Shown here piece by piece: positions 14,119 to 23,819 of a DNA stretch of 32,000 nt. The DNA comes from Candidatus Saccharimonadota bacterium (GTDB taxonomy: Bacteria; Patescibacteriota; Saccharimonadia; Saccharimonadales; UBA4665). Position 1 is the stretch's first letter. Each line of letters starts with the position of its first letter. The position numbers and the translations under genes are program-made. Below the pieces are notes generated by a model. That model was given only the letters and a program-made list of their open reading frames with translations. It made no database searches and was not told where the DNA came from. The stretch lies in assembly GCA_016700375.1 (NCBI GenBank), contig CP065016.1, positions 300,001-332,000 on the forward strand. The letters run 5' to 3'.

Positions 14119-15834
14119 ATGCTCGTTACTATTGTCCTTTCCTACCTAGCCGGACTACTCACCGTACTTGCTCCGTGCGTGCTGCCCATGCTCCCCATTA
14201 TCCTGGGCGGCAGTCTTGCGGGTGAGAAAAAAGACCGGTGGCGACCGTACATCATCACCGCCAGCCTGGTCGTGTCGCTCATAGTATTTACCATTTTACT
14301 GAAAGCCTCGACGGCACTAATTGGTATAGACCCGCGTGTATGGTCTATAGGCTCGGGATTGCTGGTTGTAACGCTTGGAATTTTCATGCTATTTCCAATG
14401 CTTTGGGCGCAGATGATAGGTCGGCTCGGAATTGAGCACCGCACGCAGGGCCTATTGGGTAAAGCGTACCAGAGCGGAAACGGTACTCTTTCAGCCGTAC
14501 TCATTGGTGCCGCACTCGGACCGGTCTTTAGCAGCTGCAGCCCAACCTACGCATGGGTCATCGCAACCGTACTGCCCGAAAGTACTCTGCGCGGCGTTTT
14601 TTATCTCGGCGTATATTGCCTTGGTGTTGCATCGTCGCTGCTGGCAATTGCGCTTTTGGGCCGCCGTCTGTTGCAAAAAATCAAGTGGGCAACCAACCCC
14701 GGCGGTTGGTTCCAGCGGGCTATTGCCGTACTTTTTATTCTCGTTGGCATATTTGTCGCGACTGGCTGGGATAAAAAAATCCAAACCTACCTGGTCGACA
14801 AAGACATTTTGAACCTCATTCAGCTTGAACAAAAACTAGTCCCTAAAGACTCCTCCACAACGGCGCCTGCTTCCACCACATCTGGCAGCAAAAAGCGGTT
14901 TAATGTTACGCCCTACAGCGCACCAGAATTTAAAAATATATCTACATGGCTAAACACAGCGCCACTGACCGTAGAAAGCTTGAAAGGGAAGGTTGTTCTC
15001 ATAGACTTCTGGACATATTCGTGCATAAACTGCCAGCGAACACAGCCGTACCTGAATGCATGGTATAGCAAGTACAAAGATGCCGGGTTTGAAATAATCG
15101 GCGTGCATGCGCCCGAATTTGCGTTCGAAAAAGTGCCCGAAAACGTCAAACGCGCCATAGCAGACGAAAGCATTTTATATCCGGTAGCACTCGACAACGA
15201 CTTTGCGACTTGGCGGGCGTATCGTAACCAATACTGGCCCGCAAAATACCTCGTGGACAAGGACGGCCAAGTACGCTACACCCACTTCGGCGAAGGCGCC
15301 TACGACGAAACCGAAAGAACCATTCAGGCGCTATTGAAAGAATCCGGTAACGCCGTTACTGCTCCGCTCGAAGCCGCACAAAAAGGAAGCAGCGTTAGAC
15401 GCGGGCAAACCCCCGAGACATACCTTGGCTACGACCGCGCAGCCCGTTTTATGAACGCCGACCAATTTGTGGCCGACAAGCCCGTTACCTATACAACCGC
15501 TCAGAATCTTGAAAGGGATAGCTGGTCGATCGGTGGCCGCTGGCAAATGGGCGACGAATCGAGCCAAAGCCTCGCGCAAGGCGCAACGCTCACACTGAAG
15601 TTCTCTGCCCGCCAAGTCTACCTCGTCATGAGTGGTCCGCCCGGTGCCCGTATCGATGTAACGGTCACTGGCCAACCTGCACCAGGGAGCAAAGAAAGCA
15701 AGAACAGTTCCGTTACCCTCGACGGTCCACGTTTGTACACCCTGGCCAGCCTAGACCAGTTTATGACCGACCAAACGCTCAAACTGACGTTCCCAGCAGG
15801 TGTTACCATAAACGCCTTCACGTTCGGCAGCTAG
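14119..15834 (+). CDS. DipZ-like fusion: CcdA/DsbD-type transmembrane electron-transfer domain + periplasm-side thioredoxin-like domain + C-terminal beta domain
   Basis: The N-terminus is LTVLAPCVLPMLP (a CcdA motif) followed by multiple TM helices. Then comes FWTYSCINCQRTQPYLNAWY (a redoxin CxxC) and a ~170-aa tail. This is the same architecture as actinobacterial DipZ. Confidence 0.8.
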   Translation: MLVTIVLSYLAGLLTVLAPCVLPMLPIILGGSLAGEKKDRWRPYIITASLVVSLIVFTILLKASTALIGIDPRVWSIGSGLLVVTLGIFMLFPMLWAQMIGRLGIEHRTQGLLGKAYQSGNGTLSAVLIGAALGPVFSSCSPTYAWVIATVLPESTLRGVFYLGVYCLGVASSLLAIALLGRRLLQKIKWATNPGGWFQRAIAVLFILVGIFVATGWDKKIQTYLVDKDILNLIQLEQKLVPKDSSTTAPASTTSGSKKRFNVTPYSAPEFKNISTWLNTAPLTVESLKGKVVLIDFWTYSCINCQRTQPYLNAWYSKYKDAGFEIIGVHAPEFAFEKVPENVKRAIADESILYPVALDNDFATWRAYRNQYWPAKYLVDKDGQVRYTHFGEGAYDETERTIQALLKESGNAVTAPLEAAQKGSSVRRGQTPETYLGYDRAARFMNADQFVADKPVTYTTAQNLERDSWSIGGRWQMGDESSQSLAQGATLTLKFSARQVYLVMSGPPGARIDVTVTGQPAPGSKESKNSSVTLDGPRLYTLASLDQFMTDQTLKLTFPAGVTINAFTFGS

Positions 15835-15895
15835 AACTCGGTAGCGAGGAAAATGCAGTGCTTGATTCATCGGTCATATAGGCTACACTAGAAAC

Positions 15896-16150
15896 ATGAA
15901 AGATGTCTCGTTGGCAGACGGTGTTGTACACAAACTTCCCGACGATTTGCGGGCAGCCATACTAGCTGACTCCAAGATGCTCAACATGTGGCATAGCATC
16001 ACGCCGCTCGCCAGAAACGAGTGGATTTGCTGGGTCGCAGATGCCAAAAAGCCCGAAACCCGCGCTCGGCGCATAGAGGTAGGTCGCTCCAAAATGCAGT
16101 CCGGCATGCGCCGCCCCTGCTGCTGGGCCGGCTGCACCCATAGAAAGTAA
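15896..16150 (+). CDS. YdeI/OmpD-associated (OmdA) domain protein
   Basis: TPLARNEWICWVADAKKPETRARRIEV...MRRPCCWAGCTHR matches the OmdA-family signature as I recall it. Confidence 0.7.
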   Translation: MKDVSLADGVVHKLPDDLRAAILADSKMLNMWHSITPLARNEWICWVADAKKPETRARRIEVGRSKMQSGMRRPCCWAGCTHRK

Positions 16151-16226
16151 TGCCGGGTTGGTAGTATGTTGTCGAAATAGTATATTCCAATCCAAGAATG
16201 AGCCTGAAGCTACCAGAAACAAACAG

Positions 16227-17454
16227 CTAGCGTTTTGTATATAGTGTCTTCAACAACTGGTCTTTTGCTTTGTTCATGGCTATCGCCCAAGCTGTATCAC
16301 TTTCAGCATACGCCACTTCGTCTAGTTTCTCAAAACTGCTGCCTGTCTTCAGGTATTGTTTGGCGTCTGGCAATGACTTCAGCTTCTCGTACGGTACCAT
16401 GTACCCATTGACTGGGTAGCGATGTGTCCTCTTGCCCGTCTTTGAGTCAACGCTCGTTATGCGGTAACCGCAGGGTCGGTGGAAGTTCAGGTAGGGCACA
16501 AACCACGTACAGTACCAGCTGTTAATATCCGGAGCATATTCCCTGGGTATATGCGCATAGCCTAGGGCTTTTCGGATAATGCTACCATTCTTGGTTTCAA
16601 CCAATCCATTGTCTCCGCTTTGGTAGGCTCGAGACTTACTGAGCTTGATGAGCATTGCTTTCAGGAGGGCAGCAACTTGTTTGTTGATGTACTCCGAGCC
16701 ATTGTCGGCGTGGAATTCTACAATGACAAATGGGAACAGCACCAAAGCTGCTTCGAGGGCTGGCAGCATGTAACGCTCAGTGATTCTCTCGACCGCGACC
16801 ACCACCTCCCACTGGGTAACTTCATCAACCAGATTGATGTGGTACACACCCTTTTCTTTGTCCTTATCTCCCTGGTGGACAGTATCTATACGGATGAAGC
16901 CAGGTTGACCGTTCGGGCGTGGTTTGCGGCGCTCGCCAATAGCTATTGTTGTTGCTTGCGTTTTGGTGAACGTATGGCTTTGGTTACGGTATGTTACGGT
17001 GCCACGTAGATTGTATATGTGGCTGACGGAGATTGCGCTAAGTCGTTCGTAGCGTGCATCGCCAAATGTCACAAAGGCTCGTTGGGCTAGAACTTTTGCC
17101 GCTTTGCCACTGAGCCGATCATGGGCATCATCCAGCTCTGCTAGCAGCCCAATGTCTTCACGCGTGTAGCGCAGTGCAAACTGGTTTCTCATGTTCACTG
17201 GCTCCAGCGCAATACAGCCAGTCCGCAGGTACTGTCCAATAAGCCGAGTCACCTGGGCACGGCTGTACCCCGTGACGGCTATGGCGTATTCTCGAACGAC
17301 GCCTTTGTCTTTTTTGCCCAAGTGCTGGTAGTCAAGACGAACGACCAGTTGCTGTAACCAGGCATAAGCCTCTTGCTTATGTACGATTGTAAGGTCAAGT
17401 GACTGAGTGCCTGAGACAAACTGTCTGAGTTCTTCAATAGTTGGTAGCGTGTGT
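16227..17454 (-). pseudogene. DDE (rve, integrase-core) transposase gene, separated from its first four codons by the IS3 insertion
   Basis: The rve core is DTVHQGD...VDEVTQW...FHADNGSEY...SGDNGLVETKNG. The frame stays open upstream of the tracked TTG as far as the IS3 boundary. Removing 17455-18678 joins it in frame to ATG CAG CAA CAC (18686-18675), which is preceded by GGGAGG, giving a 411-codon ORF. Confidence 0.8.
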
Positions 17455-17533
17455 TGTCACCCTCCCCATATACTGAACACACCGTCTAGCTAGCAGGCGG
17501 TACAATATATCTAATCTGAAGGGAGTTTTTCGT

Positions 17534-17791
17534 ATGCCTGTTGGCAAACATATTGAGCAACATATAAAAGATGAAATCATCCTCAAAATACGAGATGGTG
17601 GTCTCAAGGTCAGTGAAGCTGCTGACCAGTACGGGGTTAGTAGCAAGACCATCTACGGTTGGCTAAGAGCTGGTGTTGTAGACGGCAACCGTAACCTCAT
17701 CCTCGAAAACAATCGACTCAAGCGTGAGCTTGAGCAGGCCTACCGAGTGCTTGGTAGGCTGACCGCCGAAAGTCAGCGCCCAAAAGGTTAG
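17534..17791 (+). CDS. IS3 OrfA (HTH + leucine-zipper-like)
   Basis: VSEAADQYGVSSKTIYGWLR is an HTH, followed by LENNRLKRELEQAYRVL as a coiled segment. Confidence 0.85.
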   Translation: MPVGKHIEQHIKDEIILKIRDGGLKVSEAADQYGVSSKTIYGWLRAGVVDGNRNLILENNRLKRELEQAYRVLGRLTAESQRPKG

Positions 17792-18672
17792 CTGCCCTGG
17801 ACGAGGTCGACCCAGGGTGGCGCAAGCAATACAGCAAGCTCCTGGGCCTTGGCCGGACAAGCTACTATGTTCGTCCAGCGAAACAAGCAGAAACCGACCG
17901 ACAGGCTATTGCGCGGCTACAGGCAGCCCACGAACTCCACCCATTCTACGGCGTCGACCGGTTAGCACTGCACCTTGGCTGGAACAAAAAGAAAACCAGA
18001 CGTATCCGTACGCTTGCGGGTGTTATCATACCGACACCAACTAAGAAGCGTCGGAGCGGTTGGTCTGCAGCAGCAGAGATTAGCGCACCGCCTAACGCTC
18101 TACAGTGCTACGCTCGTCTTAAAGACGAGCTGCGGCCACAGGACGGTCAAAGCTATGCCGACATGGTCAATGCTCATGCGTGGGCGCAGGACTTTACATA
18201 CCTGTGGTTCGAGAAGCGCTGGCACTATCTGGCGGTGGTGCTCGACCTGAAAACCAGGCAAGTGGTTGGTTGGCGGCTCGGTACACGACATACCAGCGAG
18301 CTGACCCACGAGGCACTACTCGATGCACTCAGCAAGCATCCAGCGCCAGCAATCCTCCACTCTGATCAAGGTTCTGAATACTTGAGCTACAGGCACCAAG
18401 ACCTCTGCAACAAAATGGAAATCCAACTTAGTGCGAGCACCAAAGCCAGCCCCTGGCAGAATGGTTTCATGGAGCGATGGTTTGGTGGCTTCAAGCGCGA
18501 AGTCTGCAACCTGACACAATACAAAAACTTAGCGGCACTCCACGAAGCCATTGCCCTGCACATCTACTATTACAACCATAAGCGTATCCACAGCGCATTA
18601 AAGATGAGCCCGGCAGCTTACGCTGCCAGTCTCAACAAGAGAGACAGGGTGTTCGCTAAAAGGGGAGGTTGA
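17779..18672 (+). CDS. IS3 OrfB (rve/DDE), reached by programmed -1 frameshift from OrfA
   Basis: The -1 frame is open from 17779 with no start codon until 18163. The slippery heptamer C CCA AAA lies at 17779-17785, just before the orfA stop. The DDE core is DFTYLWF...LHSDQGSEY...WQNGFMERWF. Confidence 0.85.
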   Translation, partial: PKRLAALDEVDPGWRKQYSKLLGLGRTSYYVRPAKQAETDRQAIARLQAAHELHPFYGVDRLALHLGWNKKKTRRIRTLAGVIIPTPTKKRRSGWSAAAEISAPPNALQCYARLKDELRPQDGQSYADMVNAHAWAQDFTYLWFEKRWHYLAVVLDLKTRQVVGWRLGTRHTSELTHEALLDALSKHPAPAILHSDQGSEYLSYRHQDLCNKMEIQLSASTKASPWQNGFMERWFGGFKREVCNLTQYKNLAALHEAIALHIYYYNHKRIHSALKMSPAAYAASLNKRDRVFAKRGG

Positions 18673-18961
18673 CAGTGTTGCTGCATAGTAATAGTCATCC
18701 TCCCATGCTATGCCAGCTGTCGATATTTCAGGCTCATAGTATTTTAGAACCTGATAGGCGGTTCAGGCTCATTTTGCGTTGGATAAGAGTGAAATTTGCG
18801 ATTTGATTCTATTTATGCTAAGATGTAAGGGAATTGTTATTTGATGCGTTAAGGTACGTCCCGCGCAGCACCAAGAGTCCAGAAGTGGTTTCGTAGTTAT
18901 TACTCTCAGGATTCATAGCAATCTGTTTGTATTAACCAAGCTACAAAAAGGACTTATTTTT

Positions 18962-20158
18962 ATGCCCACATCAACAAGACGTGGCTTTGCTTACAAAAGC
19001 AGCCGTTCGCCGTACAGCAAACCAAAACCGCAGCGCAAACCGCGCGGCCGCGGTCAGTATATTAACCCAGAGCGTTTTGTTCGCGTCGCGACACCTAAAG
19101 ACAGCGAGTCGTACGAGACAAAGCACAAATTTTCTGACTTTGCGCTCGACAAACGATTGCAGCAAAACATAGCTCGCAAAGGCTACGACACCCCAACGCC
19201 TATTCAAGACCAAACCATCGCGCTTGGACTGGCTGGGAAAGACGTCATCGGCATCGCGGGAACCGGTACCGGCAAAACAGCCGCATTTGCGCTACCCATT
19301 TTGCACCAAATACTAAACGACCACACGAGCCGCGCCCTCATTGTTGCCCCAACAAGGGAACTTGCCCAGCAAATCGCAACCGAGTGCCGAGGCATGGCGC
19401 AGGGCAGCAATATTATGAGCGCGCTCCTCCTTGGCGGTATGTCCTACGGTCCTCAGCTTCGTGACCTGCGCTCTCGACCGCGACTTGTCATAGGTACACC
19501 GGGCCGGATAAAGGACCACCTCGACCGCGGCACGCTCCAGCTTGGTCAGTTCAACCTGGTTGTATTCGACGAAGTTGACCGAATGCTCGACATGGGTTTT
19601 GTAAACGACGTCCGTTTACTCCTCGAGCATGTGGCTCCAAAACGCCAGTCGTTTTATTTCTCTGCAACCATGGATACCCGCGTCGACGGACTCATTCGAA
19701 CATTCTCACCACACGCAGAACTTGTCACCGTAAAAACAAATGACACCAGTGAGAACGTGCATCAAGACGTTGTTCGTTTTAGCGGCAAGACAGACAAAGA
19801 AAACAAACTCCACGACACCCTCATTCACCCAGACACAGAAAAAGCCATTATATTTGAGGCGACCCAGCGCGGAGTAGAACGGCTGGAAAACGAGCTTCGT
19901 CTGCGCGGCTTCAATGTTGCCAGCATCCATGGCGGCAAAAGCCAGGCCAAGCGCGCCCATGCCCTCGCCAGCTTTAAAAAAGGCGATGTAACTATTCTGG
20001 TCGCCACCGACGTTGCAGCGCGTGGTCTCGACGTTACCGACATAACCCATGTCATTAACTACACCCAGCCACAGACATACGACGATTACATTCACCGTAT
20101 TGGGCGTTCTGGCCGAGCAGGGCGTATTGGCTATGCATTAACGTTTGTAGAGCAATAA
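18962..20158 (+). CDS. DEAD-box ATP-dependent RNA helicase (DEVD variant) with basic N-terminal extension
   Basis: Q motif GYDTPTPIQ, motif I AGTGTGKT, Ia PTRELA, Ib TPGR, II DEVD, III SAT, VI HRIGRSGRAG. Confidence 0.92.
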   Translation: MPTSTRRGFAYKSSRSPYSKPKPQRKPRGRGQYINPERFVRVATPKDSESYETKHKFSDFALDKRLQQNIARKGYDTPTPIQDQTIALGLAGKDVIGIAGTGTGKTAAFALPILHQILNDHTSRALIVAPTRELAQQIATECRGMAQGSNIMSALLLGGMSYGPQLRDLRSRPRLVIGTPGRIKDHLDRGTLQLGQFNLVVFDEVDRMLDMGFVNDVRLLLEHVAPKRQSFYFSATMDTRVDGLIRTFSPHAELVTVKTNDTSENVHQDVVRFSGKTDKENKLHDTLIHPDTEKAIIFEATQRGVERLENELRLRGFNVASIHGGKSQAKRAHALASFKKGDVTILVATDVAARGLDVTDITHVINYTQPQTYDDYIHRIGRSGRAGRIGYALTFVEQ

Positions 20159-20160
20159 TC

Positions 20161-20409
20161 ATGCCGTCTTCCACAAAAAGCGCCGCCTTCTTCGCCAGCG
20201 AAGAAGGACAGGCATTTATACAGTCTCTGAAAGAAATGACGGCCGACGCTCGCTACATTACCAACCCAGGCTACAGCCCAAACGGCGAACTCTACCCGAG
20301 CCATGTCATTCCGTTTGTGGAAAAGCATATTGAATACCTACGCACGCACCCCACTACCGACCCACAGCACTACCTCTCAAACCTTCGTCTCATTACCCGC
20401 ATCCGATAA
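20161..20409 (+). CDS. Hypothetical small protein (82 aa)
   Basis: The ATG lies 2 nt after the helicase stop, on the same strand. No motif was recognised. Confidence 0.5.
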   Translation: MPSSTKSAAFFASEEGQAFIQSLKEMTADARYITNPGYSPNGELYPSHVIPFVEKHIEYLRTHPTTDPQHYLSNLRLITRIR

Positions 20410-20462
20410 GTAAATACTGGCGACATATAGCGTTCGTACCAGAACCACGGTACCATAGTGCT

Positions 20463-21269
20463 ATGAGTTTTTCGTTTTTTTCGCGGGGCGGCGTTGTATT
20501 GCCCGTAGAGCAGGCGACAGTGCCGCTTGCGAGCATCGAGTATTCCTACGGCTACGGCGTGTACGAAACCATCCGCGTTTCGCACGGCATAGCACGTTTT
20601 GTAGATGAGCATTGCCGCCGGCTAGAACTATCTGCAGACGCAATTGGGCTCGAACACCACTACCAACCAAGTGAAATTGAGCGGTATATAACAGATATCA
20701 TCGCTGCAAATGAAGTGGAAACGTGTAACATCAAACTACTGCTCATTGGGGGCAAAACAGCGGCCGATGCCGAGCTATACATACTCTGCCTGGCGCCGTA
20801 TTTTGTTGAGCGCAAACTCTACAAAACTGGCTGTCACTGCGTTACCTATGAGTACGAGCGCATGTACCCTCACGCCAAAACGCTCAATATGCTGCCGAGT
20901 TATTTGGCGTACCGCGGCGCCCAATCACAGGGCGCACATGACGCGCTGCTTATAAACCGCCGCGGCGAAATTACCGAAGGTACGCGCAGCAACTTCTTTA
21001 CACTGAAGGGCAGTACCATTTACTCACCGCCCGAGGAAGATATTTTGCTGGGCGTCACGCGCGACCATGTGCTCGCGCTTGCGAAAGAACAGGGCTTTGA
21101 CATTGTTCACCAGCCCATACCTCTCGACACACTCAGCAGCTACGACGCCGCGTTCCTCACCAGCACCAGCGCGAAAATCCTTCCAATCCAGTCAATCGCG
21201 GGGAAAACATTCGAATCTGTACCAGCAGCACTTCGTAGTCTAATGAACACATTTAACGCATTGTATTAA
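20463..21269 (+). CDS. Class IV (fold type IV) PLP aminotransferase: branched-chain/D-amino-acid aminotransferase or ADC lyase family
   Basis: GYGVYETIRV, LNMLPSYLA, ITEGTRSNFF and LLGVTR are class IV hallmarks. Substrate cannot be assigned by eye. Confidence 0.8.
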   Translation: MSFSFFSRGGVVLPVEQATVPLASIEYSYGYGVYETIRVSHGIARFVDEHCRRLELSADAIGLEHHYQPSEIERYITDIIAANEVETCNIKLLLIGGKTAADAELYILCLAPYFVERKLYKTGCHCVTYEYERMYPHAKTLNMLPSYLAYRGAQSQGAHDALLINRRGEITEGTRSNFFTLKGSTIYSPPEEDILLGVTRDHVLALAKEQGFDIVHQPIPLDTLSSYDAAFLTSTSAKILPIQSIAGKTFESVPAALRSLMNTFNALY

Positions 21270-22558
21270 CGGATGATGACCTGGTCGCGGCGGGGGCCAA
21301 CGCCTATGTAGGTAACGGGGAGGCCGGTCCATGTTTCGAGTGCGGTTATATAGTCTTGAGCGGCCTGCGGCAAATCCGCGAAGGAACGCACCTCTGTTAT
21401 ATCTTCGCCCCAGGAGGAAAGCTCTTCGTACACCGGCTCGCACTTTTCGAGCGCCCAGGCAGAATCTGGCGCCATGGTCAGTGTTTCACCGCGGTATGTG
21501 TACGAGATACACACTTTGATTGTTTTGCCGTAGCGAGGCACCCAGTCGAGCTTAGTAATGGCGAGTTCGGTTGTGCCGTTGACCATATTCGCGCGGCGTA
21601 TGCCGGTAATGTCTAAGTAGCCCAGCCGGCGGACGCGTCCGGTCGTGGTGCCTTTTTCGGCATCTATAGTCGACATGTCGCCGTGGAGAACGCTCAGAAG
21701 TTTTTCATCATGAATTTCCGTTACAAACGGCCCGCCGCCCACGTGTGACTGCACCGCTTTAACAATACCTATTGAACGCTCGAGGGTCGTCGGGGCAATC
21801 CCGAGCCCAGGCGCCACACCACCTGCTGTAGTAGAGGAGGACGTGACGTACGGGTACATGCCATGGTCTATGTCCAGTAAAAATGCCTGTGCCCCTTCGG
21901 CAAGCAGCGTTGCGCCGCCAACTAGCCTCTCGTTTACGTACAACGATGTGTCGGTTACAAACGGCTGGAGTTTTTGGAGCGCTAGCGCGTACGATTTCAC
22001 TTCATTTTCTATGTCAACAGATGCTAGACCATGCTCTTTTCGTGCCGGCCCCACAGACTCAAGCCCTTCGCGCACAACCTGTAGGAGCGACTCATGGCTC
22101 CCGAGCAGGCGCTCTGCGCGTACACCAGCACGCTGCGCCTTGGCGGCGTACGTGTCAGCTATACCGGCCTTGGTAGAGCCCTGCGCACCACGGCCGAGCT
22201 CGCGGATTTCCTCGAGCTGCTTATAATGCGGCAGCACCAGGTGAGCGCTGGCGCTCACCTTTAAGTTTTCCGGCGTAACCTGTATGCCAAGTTTTTCGAT
22301 GTCACGTAACTCATCGGCAAAGCGTACAGGGTCAACAATGGTGCCATTGCCTATAACGTTCACGGCCTTCGGGTGAGCAATGCCGGAGGGCACAATGTGC
22401 AGGGCGAGTTCCCGGCCGTCCGGCAGTACCACGGTGTGGCCAGCATTACTGCCGCCATTGAACCGCGCTACAATGTCACATTCCTCTGCGAGCATATCCA
22501 CAACACGGCCTTTGCCTTCGTCGCCGCGTTGCTGCCCAAATACACCGATGATTTTCAC
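21266..22558 (-). CDS. purA: Adenylosuccinate synthetase
   Basis: MKIIGVFGQQRGDEGKGRVVD...FNGGSNAGHTV...C-terminal YIGVGPRRDQVI. Some internal motifs are divergent, e.g. GSTKAGIADTY where the GTTGRGIGP-type loop is usual. Confidence 0.88.
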   Translation of the reverse strand: MKIIGVFGQQRGDEGKGRVVDMLAEECDIVARFNGGSNAGHTVVLPDGRELALHIVPSGIAHPKAVNVIGNGTIVDPVRFADELRDIEKLGIQVTPENLKVSASAHLVLPHYKQLEEIRELGRGAQGSTKAGIADTYAAKAQRAGVRAERLLGSHESLLQVVREGLESVGPARKEHGLASVDIENEVKSYALALQKLQPFVTDTSLYVNERLVGGATLLAEGAQAFLLDIDHGMYPYVTSSSTTAGGVAPGLGIAPTTLERSIGIVKAVQSHVGGGPFVTEIHDEKLLSVLHGDMSTIDAEKGTTTGRVRRLGYLDITGIRRANMVNGTTELAITKLDWVPRYGKTIKVCISYTYRGETLTMAPDSAWALEKCEPVYEELSSWGEDITEVRSFADLPQAAQDYITALETWTGLPVTYIGVGPRRDQVIIR

Positions 22559-22607
22559 CTGTATATGGTACGCGTACGGCTTCTAACAGTCAAGTAAACG
22601 GGAAAGG

Positions 22608-23003
22608 TTAGCGGTCTTTTGTACGGTAGACAAATTTCAGCCCCGACCACTCGGCATCAATTGCTGCGACCTTGACGTCGACTAATCCAATAGAAAGCCC
22701 GTAGGCTCGTACAATATTGCTACTCAGCACCGCTGTGGGGTTCGCTGTTTGTTTTGGCCATGAAATCCATAACATACCGTTCTTTGCGAGCTTGGAGGTA
22801 GCGTAGTCGGCTGAGCGTTGGAGCTCGTCGGGTGTTTTTACAAAAATATGAATGAAATCGTATGAGCTGGGAGCGTTCAGTGTGATATCATCACGTACTT
22901 CTGTAAAGTAGGGGGCAATACTGTCCACGTACGATATCTTGCCAGGGACATAGCCGAGTTTTTGTAGCAGCGGTGTGCCGCTATACCCTGCGGGAGCACT
23001 CAT
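22608..23003 (-). CDS. DUF3052-family protein
   Basis: The N-terminus GYSGTPLLQKLGY and the overall size match my recollection of DUF3052. Confidence 0.6.
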   Translation of the reverse strand: MSAPAGYSGTPLLQKLGYVPGKISYVDSIAPYFTEVRDDITLNAPSSYDFIHIFVKTPDELQRSADYATSKLAKNGMLWISWPKQTANPTAVLSSNIVRAYGLSIGLVDVKVAAIDAEWSGLKFVYRTKDR

Positions 23004-23374
23004 GCTCGGCTCCTCGTTTTTTGGTGCTCCGAAGCAGAACGATTCACTTCCGCTATGCGGTACGTCACCACACGTCGAATAAGCTCTTCTGGCAGGGGCT
23101 GATTGTGCGGGAATTGCACGGAACCTTTGCCCTGTACATAGGGAGCAAACTCGGTTTTAAATGCCTCATGGCCGTTGGGAGTTGCATAGAAGCCAATGTG
23201 AGTATCGTAGCCAGCAAAATACACGAGCGGTTTGTTATGCAGCTTGTACGCTGGCATAGCGTACGCCACCGACTCAACGGCGTCTGGTGCTGCAGCGCGA
23301 ATAATACTGCGTATGGTACAGAGCCGCCGAAGAGTTTCGCCGCTGAAGTTGCTGAGGTATTCGTCGATGCTCAT
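23000..23374 (-). CDS. DUF1801 (YdhG-like) domain protein
   Basis: I prefer the start MSIDEYL (ATG 23374-23372), which overlaps the upstream stop as ATGA. The body reads MPAYKLHNKPLVYFAGYDTHIGFYATP...GKGSVQFP. Confidence 0.7.
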   Translation of the reverse strand: MSIDEYLSNFSGETLRRLCTIRSIIRAAAPDAVESVAYAMPAYKLHNKPLVYFAGYDTHIGFYATPNGHEAFKTEFAPYVQGKGSVQFPHNQPLPEELIRRVVTYRIAEVNRSASEHQKTRSRA

Positions 23375-23793
23375 GTAGTAGTAGTGTGGTGATAGGCATT
23401 TGTAATCATCTGCCGCAGCGTTGCCTCGTCCACCGCATGCAAGTTCTTTATGTACAAGCAACCTTTGCCTCGTTCGTGTGGGCCAAGGCTACCAAGCAGT
23501 TCGCTGTTCACTTCATTTTCCTCGTAGTGCACAAGCCCATAGAGTACGAGTGCTGGTTTGCGCGGTGAAAAACCAATTTTGAGCATGTCGCCCTCGCGGC
23601 CAGATGCATACGTGTAATGATAGCTGCCAAACCCAATCATGCTCGGCCCCCACATCACTGGCTCCTCGCCTGTTATGTCGCGCATGATTGCTAGTAGTTT
23701 GCGTGCTTCACCCTGCCGAGGTTCCGCCACGCCAGCAATAAACGCATCGACGCTGACATCGGTCGGTTTGGTCTTGTTTTCGCTTTTTGCCAT
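23371..23793 (-). CDS. DUF1801 domain protein
   Basis: VDAFIAGV...EARKLLAIMRDITGEEPVMWGPSMIGFGSYHYTYASGREGDMLKIGFSPRK is the typical DUF1801 pattern. Confidence 0.7.
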   Translation of the reverse strand: MAKSENKTKPTDVSVDAFIAGVAEPRQGEARKLLAIMRDITGEEPVMWGPSMIGFGSYHYTYASGREGDMLKIGFSPRKPALVLYGLVHYEENEVNSELLGSLGPHERGKGCLYIKNLHAVDEATLRQMITNAYHHTTTT

Positions 23794-23819
23794 ATGGTAC
23801 CTCCTGTATGTACGCTATT

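Larger units (their letters stand above)
17455..18674 (+). mobile_element. IS3-family insertion sequence (1220 bp)
   Basis: The left end is TGTCACCCTCCCC... and the right end is ...GGGGAGGTTGACA, giving TG...CA termini with ~26/34 IR matches. GTGT is duplicated at 17451-17454 and 18675-18678. The element has orfA/orfB organisation. Confidence 0.88.
16186..18786 (-). mobile_element. Outer IS (rve-type transposase, ~1.35 kb without its insert), disrupted by a nested IS3 element; ends approximate
   Basis: AATGAGCCTGAA (16197-16208) recurs inverted as TTCAGGCTCAT(T) at 18727-18737 and 18762-18773. Flanking TCCAA-containing sequence is partly shared. No clear TSD was identified. Confidence 0.45.
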
